Positions 17,361 to 25,208 of a DNA stretch of 42,807 nt are shown here, piece by piece. A program made the translations under genes and the position numbers. Origin of the DNA: a virus (Duplodnaviria > Caudoviricetes); the IMG/VR virus record IMGVR_UViG_3300034349_000021, positions 1-42,807 of that record. One strand, written 5' to 3'. Every line of letters begins with the position of its first letter. Position 1 is the first letter of the stretch. Under the pieces are notes generated by a model that did not search any database, had not been told where the DNA came from, and saw nothing but the letters and a program-made list of their open reading frames with translations.

Positions 17361-18089
17361 ATGGCTGAAGAGAACGAAATGAGCAACGAAAAGGTCACGG
17401 CAATCTTTACTGAGGCGCGTGAAGCCGGTCTGGACAAGAACAAGACCATCATGAAGATGGTTATGGAGGGCGACATTGACGTCACCTCCGCTGTCCGTGA
17501 GTACCAGCGTCTGGCCCGCGAGACCGGTCTGATCCTCGGCGCAAAAGAGCGTACGATTCAGGTCGACACGATGCTCGACGAATGCGATCTGACCGATGCC
17601 AACGTGCGTCGTGAGATGATCATCCGCATCGCTGACAAGTTTGATGTTAGCGAGGCGACTGCCGCCGCGCACATCCGGACCTACGCCGAGAAGAAGGACA
17701 TCGAGCTGCCGCAGGCCCAGCGTACCTCCCTGGAGGATATGGTCCAGTTCGTCAAGGAAAAGCTCGACGAAGGCATGGAGCGTTCCAAGGTCGTCGAAGA
17801 GCTCCAGAACGAAATGGGCTATACGGCTAACAGCGCTGCGTCGGCCTACAGTCGTGCTACTCGCGAGCTGGGTATCAGCACCGGCCGCGCTGGCGCCACC
17901 GTGCCGATCGATGTCCTGGTCAATGTGGTTCGTGCCAACAAAAACGCCGGCCGCAAGCAGCTGACCAAGGTGATCCACGAGCAGTGCGGTTACGCCGAAG
18001 CCACTTCCGGTGCCTTCGTGACCTACCTGAACTTCGCCCAGGAGTATGCGCGTCAGGAAGTCGAAGCGTACAAGGCCGGCCAAGCCTAG
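17361..18089 (+). CDS. Probably highly expressed protein with four tandem HTH-like repeats (putative DNA-binding protein)
   Basis: 242 aa; repeated R/K..I..L...(G/D)(Y/V)SE.TA..Y units; strong codon bias; SD AAGGTGA. Confidence 0.75.
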   Translation: MAEENEMSNEKVTAIFTEAREAGLDKNKTIMKMVMEGDIDVTSAVREYQRLARETGLILGAKERTIQVDTMLDECDLTDANVRREMIIRIADKFDVSEATAAAHIRTYAEKKDIELPQAQRTSLEDMVQFVKEKLDEGMERSKVVEELQNEMGYTANSAASAYSRATRELGISTGRAGATVPIDVLVNVVRANKNAGRKQLTKVIHEQCGYAEATSGAFVTYLNFAQEYARQEVEAYKAGQA

Positions 18090-18138
18090 TCCACCCCCAA
18101 GGGCAGGGACGCCCACCCTCAAACAGAGTAAAGCCTAA

Positions 18139-18555
18139 ATGACTAAGACAGAACGTGAAAATGCATTGTTGGATGAATGGCTCAAAGCTCGCCACGCTCT
18201 CGAGCTAGCTAAGAAAGCGGAGCTTCTGCTTCGAGACAAGATCACGCCCGCGATCCTCCTTGGGAAGACCTTGGGCTCGGCCACTGGCATGTACGGCAGC
18301 CACAAGATGACTGCTACCGCGCGCCTGAACTTTACCATTAAAGCTGACACGCTGAAATTGAGTGAAGACAGGCTAACGATGGTTTGGGACGAGCAACAGG
18401 AACTCTGGGACAACCTACCTCCTGAAGAGCTGGAGGCAATCGACTGGAAGCCTAACCTCAAAGAGGGCGTCTACAAAAAGCTGCCGGCAGACGCCAAGCT
18501 TCGCTCGGTCGTGGTTGTTAAGCCTGGCCAAGCGTCATTGGAGCTTAAAGCATAA
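18139..18555 (+). CDS. Conserved hypothetical recombination-module protein
   Basis: 138 aa; K..L...K.AE..LR..I and DWKP.L...Y..L pattern seen next to Sak4/SSB genes. Confidence 0.7.
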   Translation: MTKTERENALLDEWLKARHALELAKKAELLLRDKITPAILLGKTLGSATGMYGSHKMTATARLNFTIKADTLKLSEDRLTMVWDEQQELWDNLPPEELEAIDWKPNLKEGVYKKLPADAKLRSVVVVKPGQASLELKA

Positions 18556-18770
18556 TGGCACTTGCAGACTACTACCTGTGTGACGTGTGCGGCTGCAAAT
18601 GCTTTTATGACTCCAACCTGAATTGGGAGTGGCCAACCAAAGATAATCCGATACCGGCAGAAGAGCTAGTTAAAGATACCAATCTCAAGTTGGACTACTG
18701 CGGAGACATGGCAGCCATTTGCCGCAAGTGCTCTATGACCCATGAGATCAAGGTGGAGCTAAAAGCATGA
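18555..18770 (+). CDS. Small zinc-binding protein
   Basis: CDVC..K.FYD ... ICRKC; TAATG-coupled. Confidence 0.65.
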   Translation: MALADYYLCDVCGCKCFYDSNLNWEWPTKDNPIPAEELVKDTNLKLDYCGDMAAICRKCSMTHEIKVELKA

Positions 18771-18919
18771 CCGACTGGAAGCGTGATAAGTCTTCGCGAG
18801 AGAACATGCTAAGGCAACGTGAAGAAAACCGGCGCCGCAGCATACTAATAGCAATCTTATCCTGGATAGCAGCAGCCGGCATTGTGGCGCTGTTCATCAT
18901 GCTGGCATTCTGGATTTGA
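18767..18919 (+). CDS. 50-aa membrane protein
   Basis: Read by hand: basic N-terminus then ILIAILSWIAAAGIVALFIMLAFWI; ATGA-coupled; SD GGAG. Confidence 0.6.
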   Translation: MTDWKRDKSSRENMLRQREENRRRSILIAILSWIAAAGIVALFIMLAFWI

Positions 18920-18920
18920 C

Positions 18921-19604
18921 ATGGCTATAGAGCTCTCGTCTACTAAGCGAGACGTCCACTTCGTCAAGCTTACTGTCTACGGGCAGTCTGGTACAGGCAA
19001 GACAGTGCTATGCTCAACTGCTCCCAAACCACTCATCATCAGTGCTGAAGCTGGCCTGCTGTCTCTTGCTGAAATGGATATTCCTGTTATCGAAGTGACA
19101 AACTTCGACGAGATGAAAGAGGCCTACTCCTTCGTTAAGAACAACGGTGATGATTTCGAGACCATCTGTCTTGATAGTATCAGCGACATAGCAGAGCAAG
19201 TACTCGATGCCAAGTTACTGAATCTGCAAAAGAAAGCAGATGAAGACGGCAAGAAAGTTGAGCCTAGACAAGCATACGGTTCAATGGCCATCGAGATGAT
19301 GCGCCTAACACGTGCATTCCGTAACCTGGATAAGCACGTTGTATTCACAGCCAAACAGGGGTATATCAACGATGAAGTAGCTAAAACTTTGCGATTCGGG
19401 CCTATGCTGCCTGGTCAAGTCTATACCAACAACCTGCCTTACCTTATGGACCTGCTGCTGTGCTTGCGGGTTACTAAAGACGGCGAGCGTTGGCTTATGA
19501 CACAGCCAGACTTGCAGTATGCCGCTAAAGACAGATCAGGCAAGCTCGAGAAAGCAGAAAAGCCTAATCTCCAAGACCTCTTTAACAAAGTGATGAGTAA
19601 ATAA
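18921..19604 (+). CDS. Sak4-like AAA_24 ATPase (ssDNA annealing)
   Basis: VYGQSGTGKT Walker A, ISAEAGLLS, TICLDSISD, AKDRSG; precedes the SSB gene. Confidence 0.85.
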   Translation: MAIELSSTKRDVHFVKLTVYGQSGTGKTVLCSTAPKPLIISAEAGLLSLAEMDIPVIEVTNFDEMKEAYSFVKNNGDDFETICLDSISDIAEQVLDAKLLNLQKKADEDGKKVEPRQAYGSMAIEMMRLTRAFRNLDKHVVFTAKQGYINDEVAKTLRFGPMLPGQVYTNNLPYLMDLLLCLRVTKDGERWLMTQPDLQYAAKDRSGKLEKAEKPNLQDLFNKVMSK

Positions 19605-19606
19605 CC

Positions 19607-20035
19607 ATGGCTCAATTCAAGTTCAATGTTGCTGATGCTCCTGCTGGTGGTGGCTTCGATCCTATCCCGGCTGGCCGCTATAACGTCGTTATCACCGACA
19701 GCGACCTGTGTGACACCAAGGCTGGCGACGGCCAGTACATCAAACTCACCTTCAAGGTGCTGGAAGGTGACTTCTCTGGTCGCTTGATTTGGAGCAATCT
19801 GAACATCAACAACCCCAATGAGAAGGCGGTTGAGATCGCTCAGCGTGAGCTGGCTGCTATCTGCGCTGCGGTCGGCCTTCCTGCCATCGAGGAAGACACC
19901 GCTGAGTTGCACGGCATCCCGCTGAGCGGCATGGTCAAGATCAAGCCCGAGCAAGGCGGCTACCCGGCCAGCAACACGATTAGCGGCTTCAAGGCAGCTG
20001 TTGAGGCCAGCGGCGAAGAGGCCCCCTGGAGCTAA
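19607..20035 (+). CDS. DUF669 ssDNA-binding protein
   Basis: FDPIPAG.Y...I, YIKL.F.V..G...GR.IW.NLN, L..IC.AVG; C-terminal APW. Confidence 0.85.
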   Translation: MAQFKFNVADAPAGGGFDPIPAGRYNVVITDSDLCDTKAGDGQYIKLTFKVLEGDFSGRLIWSNLNINNPNEKAVEIAQRELAAICAAVGLPAIEEDTAELHGIPLSGMVKIKPEQGGYPASNTISGFKAAVEASGEEAPWS

Positions 20036-20037
20036 GC

Positions 20038-20358
20038 ATGCAGCAACCAAAAATCACCGGATATCGGCAGCTGAATGAAACTGAGGCCGCCTTGATGAAC
20101 GAAATCAAGGCCGAGGGCGAGCGGTTGCACGCGCTCTATCTGCGTGTATCGGGATACCTCAGTACAGAGCGTGAGCTTAAGCAAGCAGCCGCTGCTGCCT
20201 CTAAGCTTGCCCCCAATGATGAGGGTAGCGTAGCAAGCCAAGAGCTTCGTCGGTTCAATTCTGCGCATCCAGGCCGGTGGGCCTCTATTGGCTTGACGCA
20301 TCTGCAAGAGGGGTTGATGGCCCTTACTCGAGCAGTAACTCAGCCCAGTAGCTTTTAA
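20038..20358 (+). CDS. acb2: Anti-CBASS cyclic-oligonucleotide sponge Acb2 homolog
   Basis: KITGYRQL...E..LMN.IK ... PGRW.SIG.T.LQ.G.MAL.RAV.QP.SF closely follows Pseudomonas phage Acb2 as I recall it. Confidence 0.85.
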   Translation: MQQPKITGYRQLNETEAALMNEIKAEGERLHALYLRVSGYLSTERELKQAAAAASKLAPNDEGSVASQELRRFNSAHPGRWASIGLTHLQEGLMALTRAVTQPSSF

Positions 20359-20398
20359 CTAACCACCGCTGCCAAGGACGGCGGCGCAAGAGAGCGCA

Positions 20399-20587
20399 AT
20401 GCACAACACATTCAACACACTTCCGCTAGAGAAGCCTACTGATGTGCTGACCTTGATCAGGTCAGTAGAGCAGTGGGAGCTCTTATTTGCCCAGTTTACG
20501 CAGTCGAGAAAAGCGGATCCGAGTGCGCGTAGCTGGATGGTGACACTGTATGGTGTAAACATACCTCACAAGGGAGAACAATCGTGA
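20399..20587 (+). CDS. Hypothetical protein
   Basis: 62 aa, in operon context. Confidence 0.5.
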   Translation: MHNTFNTLPLEKPTDVLTLIRSVEQWELLFAQFTQSRKADPSARSWMVTLYGVNIPHKGEQS

Positions 20588-20769
20588 CTAACAAACAAAC
20601 CTGCCCATTGTGCGAGCGTGAGCTAGCCTTAGCTAACTTCGACACGTACAAGAACAGAACCACTGGTGAACGCAAGCATGTCATTGTCTGCTATGACTGC
20701 CGCACCAGAGTCAAAAACAGCTACAGGCACCTTCATACCATCCGCGAAAACGCCAATGGCCAAATTTAG
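20584..20769 (+). CDS. Small zinc-finger protein
   Basis: CPLC...F......CYDC; SD GGGAG. Confidence 0.6.
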   Translation: MTNKQTCPLCERELALANFDTYKNRTTGERKHVIVCYDCRTRVKNSYRHLHTIRENANGQI

Positions 20770-21412
20770 CTACGACGACCCGATCAACACGCTGATAGAG
20801 GCCAAGCGCGTTGCGGCCGTCCCAAGGGGATACCTAGGCATGTCCCAGATGGGGCACGAGTGCTCCAGGTACCTCTATTACGTGCTGCACGGCAAAGGCT
20901 CAGCGTCCTTCTCGCCTAGGACCATGCGCATCTTCGAGCGTGGTACCTGGGAAGAAAACCGTGTTATCAAGGATCTCGATAACGTGGGCCTGTATGTTTA
21001 CAACATCCAAAAAGAGGTCTCCATCCTTGGGGGAGAGGTTAAAGGCCACATTGACGGCATGGTAGACTGGCAAGCACGGCCGCACTTGCTAGAGATCAAG
21101 ACGATGGCCGATACATACTGGAAGTTGTTTGCTAGGAAAGGCGTGAAGATTTCGCACCCAGGTTACTATTGGCAATGTCAGTTCTACGCCACTGAGCTTG
21201 GTGTTGCCGACATTATCTTTGTGGCTGTAAACAAGAACACAGAGATGCGCAAGTTTGAACACCTTAAAGCAACAGGTGAATCCTGTGTCGATAGGGCAAT
21301 CGAGATCATCGGTGCATACGAGCCGCCACCGCGTATAGGTGGCTGTGACTGGCATGTATGTAAGCTGTGCGGCTTGAACGAGTATTGCCACTTTGAAGAT
21401 ACCAGCCCTTAG
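20756..21412 (+). CDS. Cas4-like PD-(D/E)XK exonuclease
   Basis: YLGMS..GHEC.R, GHIDG, LEIKT, Y.WQCQ.Y and C-terminal C...CKLC...C Fe-S cysteines. Confidence 0.85.
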   Translation: MAKFSYDDPINTLIEAKRVAAVPRGYLGMSQMGHECSRYLYYVLHGKGSASFSPRTMRIFERGTWEENRVIKDLDNVGLYVYNIQKEVSILGGEVKGHIDGMVDWQARPHLLEIKTMADTYWKLFARKGVKISHPGYYWQCQFYATELGVADIIFVAVNKNTEMRKFEHLKATGESCVDRAIEIIGAYEPPPRIGGCDWHVCKLCGLNEYCHFEDTSP

Positions 21413-22952
21413 GCCGTACCAGCGGTCTGCTGTTGTTGCTGGCTTTGATTACTTCAAAGCTGGCAATAAAGGCAACCCGCTTATCGTAGCCCCAACAGGG
21501 TCCGGTAAGAGCTGGATCCTAGCTGGGTTCATCGCCGAAGCATATCGGCTTTACCCTGAAGAGAAGATCCTTGTACTGACGCATACAAAAGAAATCATCG
21601 ATCAAAACCTGAAGATTTTGCAGAAGCTGCTGCCACCCCACCTAATAGGCGTGTACAGCGTTGGGCTCGGCTACAGGCAAGTGCGGCAGTTCACCATTGC
21701 ATCAATACAGTCAGTTTACAAAAAGGCTGAGTTGTTCCAAGACGTCAAGCTAATCATAGTTGACGAGTGTCATCTAGTTCCTCCCAAGGGAGAGGGCCGC
21801 TACCTAACCTTCCTTGGGGAAATGAAGCACGCCAAAGTGCTAGGCATGACCGCAACCCCATTCCGCCTTGGGACTGGCCTGCTGACTGACAACCACATCT
21901 TCGACCGGATCGTATATGATATCAAGCTGCAAACACTAATAGACCTGAAGCAGCTAGTACCGCTGTCTACAAAAGCAACTGAGTACGCAATAGACACGTC
22001 TGGACTGAAAATAGTCGGAGGCGACTACTCTAAGCTCGAACTATCAGATCGTGTAGATAGGCAAATAGTGACTGAACGCATCGTAGCGGAGCTGATAAAG
22101 TTCGCCGGTACATTCAAGTCTTGGCTAGTGTTTGCAATCGATATAGCACACAGCGAGCACATAGCAGCAGAGCTGAGTAAGCATGGCATAGTGGCAGCAG
22201 CTATCCACTCTAAACTAGACATCGACCGAACGCCGCTGCTTGAGCTCTTCAAAGAGGGGCACATCCAAGCGCTAGTGTCAGTTGAGACGCTGACTACGGG
22301 CTTTGACGCACCTAATGTGGACCTCATCGTAATGATGCGGCCTACGCAATCGCCTGTGCTACATGTACAAATGCTTGGTCGCGGGATGCGTCCGTATGAA
22401 GGCAAAGAAAAGTGCCTAGTCCTAGACTTCGCTGGCAACGTGTCTCGCCTTGGGCCTGTAGACGAGGTCTGTGTATCAAAAAAGACACAGGGAAAGAAGA
22501 AAGGCGGATTGCCTATGACGAAGACTTGCCCTACCTGTAAAGAGGTAGTGGCAATCTCACGCAAGAACTGCCCGGCTTGCGGGCACGAGTTCAAGTTTAA
22601 GACTAAGCTGGCCATCGTGCCGGATGCAGGTAGGGCGCTAGCTAGTGAAGCACCGCAAGTCAAGATAGTGTCAGTCAAGAGCGTACGCTTTACCAAGCAC
22701 CACAAAGCCGGTAAGCCGCCTTCAATGAAAGTAACATATCACTGCGGGCCAGTTACCTTCTACCACGAGTGGGTAGCGTTTGAGCATGAGGGCTGGCCCA
22801 GACGGCGAGCAGAGCAGTGGTGGATTAGATTTGCCAACAACGAGGTACCAGACAGTGTAGATGAAGCATTAGACAGACAAAGCGAAATAAGCAAGCCTAA
22901 AGAACTACGCGTGATAATGGCAGGTAAGTACCCAGAGGTGATAGCTAAATGA
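21393..22952 (+). CDS. Superfamily 2 helicase (RadD/YejH-like)
   Basis: LRPYQ, APTGSGKS, DECH, TAT, LTTGFDAP, QMLGRGMR and a zinc finger. Confidence 0.92.
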   Translation: MKIPALRPYQRSAVVAGFDYFKAGNKGNPLIVAPTGSGKSWILAGFIAEAYRLYPEEKILVLTHTKEIIDQNLKILQKLLPPHLIGVYSVGLGYRQVRQFTIASIQSVYKKAELFQDVKLIIVDECHLVPPKGEGRYLTFLGEMKHAKVLGMTATPFRLGTGLLTDNHIFDRIVYDIKLQTLIDLKQLVPLSTKATEYAIDTSGLKIVGGDYSKLELSDRVDRQIVTERIVAELIKFAGTFKSWLVFAIDIAHSEHIAAELSKHGIVAAAIHSKLDIDRTPLLELFKEGHIQALVSVETLTTGFDAPNVDLIVMMRPTQSPVLHVQMLGRGMRPYEGKEKCLVLDFAGNVSRLGPVDEVCVSKKTQGKKKGGLPMTKTCPTCKEVVAISRKNCPACGHEFKFKTKLAIVPDAGRALASEAPQVKIVSVKSVRFTKHHKAGKPPSMKVTYHCGPVTFYHEWVAFEHEGWPRRRAEQWWIRFANNEVPDSVDEALDRQSEISKPKELRVIMAGKYPEVIAK

Positions 22953-23275
22953 GAATGAGTGAGTACATGCAGCAACAGCGTGAGCTGCAGCAAGAGCTTG
23001 GCGAACCGATGGGCCACGGTGACGCCGCAATCAAAGAGAACATCTTGGCTTTGATTGTTGAATCCACTGAGCTGCTGCAAGAAATCAACTGGAAGCCATG
23101 GCGCAAGACTCAAGTCAAACCCTCCCCAAGGGAAGTCATACTGGGCGAAGTCCTCGACCTTATGCACTTCTATACTAACATCCTTAACGAGCTCTACGTA
23201 ACCGAAGAAGAGTTTGATAAGGCGTGGTTTGAGACCAACCGTAAGATCCGCAAGAGGAACGCAAATGGGTACTGA
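22949..23275 (+). CDS. Dimeric dUTPase / MazG-like nucleotide pyrophosphatase
   Basis: E..EL..EINWKPW.K....EVLD..HF all-alpha NTP-PPase motif. Confidence 0.75.
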   Translation: MRMSEYMQQQRELQQELGEPMGHGDAAIKENILALIVESTELLQEINWKPWRKTQVKPSPREVILGEVLDLMHFYTNILNELYVTEEEFDKAWFETNRKIRKRNANGY

Positions 23276-23552
23276 AGAGATTTTGGCGGCACGTGGCAAG
23301 ACGCACGGCAGGTTCGAAAACTTCTCTAGCATGTGTCAAGCCCTGAAAAGCACGATGCAGATTTCGAATAACTGGGACGTACTGCCGGATACGCACAAGG
23401 AAGCGCTCGAGATGATCTGCCACAAAATGGCACGTGTGCTTGAAGGCAACTTCAGCCACAAAGATCACTGGGACGACATCGCTGGCTACGCCACGCTGGT
23501 AGCTAACACCTTGGCTGACGAACCGCACGAGTGCTGCGGTAAGTGTAAGTAA
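23265..23552 (+). CDS. DUF6378-like protein
   Basis: IL..RG.THG.F...EAL.MI..K.AR...G.....DHW.DIAGYA.L. Confidence 0.75.
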   Translation: MGTEEILAARGKTHGRFENFSSMCQALKSTMQISNNWDVLPDTHKEALEMICHKMARVLEGNFSHKDHWDDIAGYATLVANTLADEPHECCGKCK

Positions 23553-23588
23553 CAACCAACCGCGCCAGGGACGGCGCAGGAGACAGAC

Positions 23589-23780
23589 ATGCCTAGAAGA
23601 TTCAAGCACAACAAAACCGGTAATGTGTATCTATACCTGTACAAAGCCTTAGATACTACTAACAACAAGCCACTGCACACCCGTTGGATGGTAGTCTACC
23701 AACCGGTAGACATCAATGCCGACCTTCGTATCTACGTACGTGAAGAGCAAGAGTTCCTGAGCAAGTTCACAGAGATCTGA
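23589..23780 (+). CDS. DUF1653-like protein
   Basis: FKH.KTG..Y ... MVVY ... YVR...EF...F; SD AGGAG. Confidence 0.65.
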   Translation: MPRRFKHNKTGNVYLYLYKALDTTNNKPLHTRWMVVYQPVDINADLRIYVREEQEFLSKFTEI

Positions 23781-23781
23781 C

Positions 23782-24612
23782 ATGCGTAACTACCTAGATT
23801 TACTTGACAACGTTTTAACCTATGGCTTAGAGCGGGAAAGCCGCGCGGGCCCCACCTTGGGAATCTTTGGCGAAGTGCTTGAGTTCGACTTGACCGACGG
23901 CTTTCCTGCCGTGACTACTAAGAAGCTCAACTTCAACGCAATTGCTGACGAGCTTGCTGGTTTCCTTCGCGCTGAGACCGATGCTAGCAAAATGGGATCC
24001 AAGATCTGGAAGGCAGATGCGCTACGCTGGTATAACGAAGAGGGTAGCAAGAGCAGTGGCCCAACAGATATGGGAATAAACTATGGAGTGCTTTGGAGGA
24101 AGTGGCCTGCATATTACTATTCCTGTCAAGTAGACCAGCTGAGGGAAGTAGTAGACCGCATTAAAACCAACCCTACAGACCGTCGGCTAGTGGTAACTGC
24201 ATGGCATCCTGAGTTCATAAAAGACACTTGTCTTCCTCCTTGCCACTACGCCTACCAGTTTTATGTGGCTAGCAATGCCTACGGAACGTACCTTGACTGC
24301 ATAGTGCACATGCGCTCAGTAGACTGCTTCCTTGGCTTGCCATTTGACATTGCATCTTACGCGTTGTTGATGCATATTGTGGCGCAAGAGACAAAGTTAA
24401 AACCTTGCAAGCTAATTATGACACTTGGAGATACGCATATCTATAAAGGTCATACTGCACAAGTAAAAGAACAGATCAACCGTATCCCATATGCACTCCC
24501 AAAGCTGATATTGCAAGAAGAGGCTACTATTGATAACTTTGCTGGAAGCATGGCTGCACTTGCAAACTATACTCACCACTCGGCAATCAAAGGTGACCTT
24601 TATGTCGGATAA
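23782..24612 (+). CDS. thyA: Thymidylate synthase family enzyme (Asp at the dUMP/dCMP specificity position)
   Basis: FPAVTTKK, YG..WR, DQL, P.DRR...AW, LPPCH, MRSVD.FLGLPFDIASY, GDTHIY..H. Confidence 0.85.
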   Translation: MRNYLDLLDNVLTYGLERESRAGPTLGIFGEVLEFDLTDGFPAVTTKKLNFNAIADELAGFLRAETDASKMGSKIWKADALRWYNEEGSKSSGPTDMGINYGVLWRKWPAYYYSCQVDQLREVVDRIKTNPTDRRLVVTAWHPEFIKDTCLPPCHYAYQFYVASNAYGTYLDCIVHMRSVDCFLGLPFDIASYALLMHIVAQETKLKPCKLIMTLGDTHIYKGHTAQVKEQINRIPYALPKLILQEEATIDNFAGSMAALANYTHHSAIKGDLYVG

Positions 24613-25027
24613 ATGGGACAAACGCTGGCTGCTACAAGCCAGAACAATGGCTCCGTGGTCTACAAACCCTGGAGGTAAGTCTAGCTGCATATTAACCGAT
24701 GTAAATAACCGCGTGCTAGGCGCCGGCGTTAACGGCTTCCCCAAGGGGATGGATGACGTGGCAGACGAGTTCCGCCATCACTTGATGATTCACGCCGAAG
24801 TTAACGCACTGCTAGCTTGCCGTGATCAAGTGCACAACGTCTACGTTTATCCGTATATGCCTTGCTCTAAGTGCGCGTCGCTCTTAGTGCAAATTGGGGC
24901 TAAGCGGTTTATCAGCGTGCAGGACGCGGCTGAGCATTGGCGCCCAGAGCTAACAGCACTACTGGCAAACCGCTACTTGATTGAGCGGGTCTGGATAACT
25001 GAGGAAGAACTAGATGATACCATGTGA
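24602..25027 (+). CDS. dCMP deaminase
   Basis: G.NGFPKG, HAEVNAL, PCSKCA. Confidence 0.85.
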   Translation: MSDKWDKRWLLQARTMAPWSTNPGGKSSCILTDVNNRVLGAGVNGFPKGMDDVADEFRHHLMIHAEVNALLACRDQVHNVYVYPYMPCSKCASLLVQIGAKRFISVQDAAEHWRPELTALLANRYLIERVWITEEELDDTM

Positions 25028-25208
25028 TAGTGTAGTTAAAAATGGCCACGTGTGCTGGTCTTGCATGAAGCCAGACGATCAAAAGTACGGGCCGCCTATC
25101 ACAGACTTTTGTATGGTTTGCGGCCATCGCGGAGAGGGCAAACAAGCTATACGCAAGCCGAACGACTTAGGTTCGTTTACAGTGGTGCCAAAAGATGATA
25201 CCATGTGA
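25012..25208 (+). repeat. 16-bp direct repeat AGATGATACCATGTGA at 25012-25027 and 25193-25208
   Basis: Exact copies, each encoding DDTM-stop and MIPC in overlapping frames. Confidence 0.9.
25014..25208 (+). CDS. Small Cys-rich protein inserted between the deaminase and polymerase genes
   Basis: 64 aa, CWSC...CMVC; bounded by the 16-bp repeat. Confidence 0.6.
   Translation: MIPCDSVVKNGHVCWSCMKPDDQKYGPPITDFCMVCGHRGEGKQAIRKPNDLGSFTVVPKDDTM

Noticed and set aside
17346-18122. 258-aa antisense ORF (also 16252-17085, 19439-20050, 22025-22705)
   Set aside because: These shadow strongly codon-biased plus-strand genes and have no SD or recognisable motifs.
20756-21412. Cas4-like nuclease as evidence of a CRISPR system
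   Set aside because: No repeat-spacer array or other cas genes; solo Cas4-like exonucleases are common in phage recombination modules.
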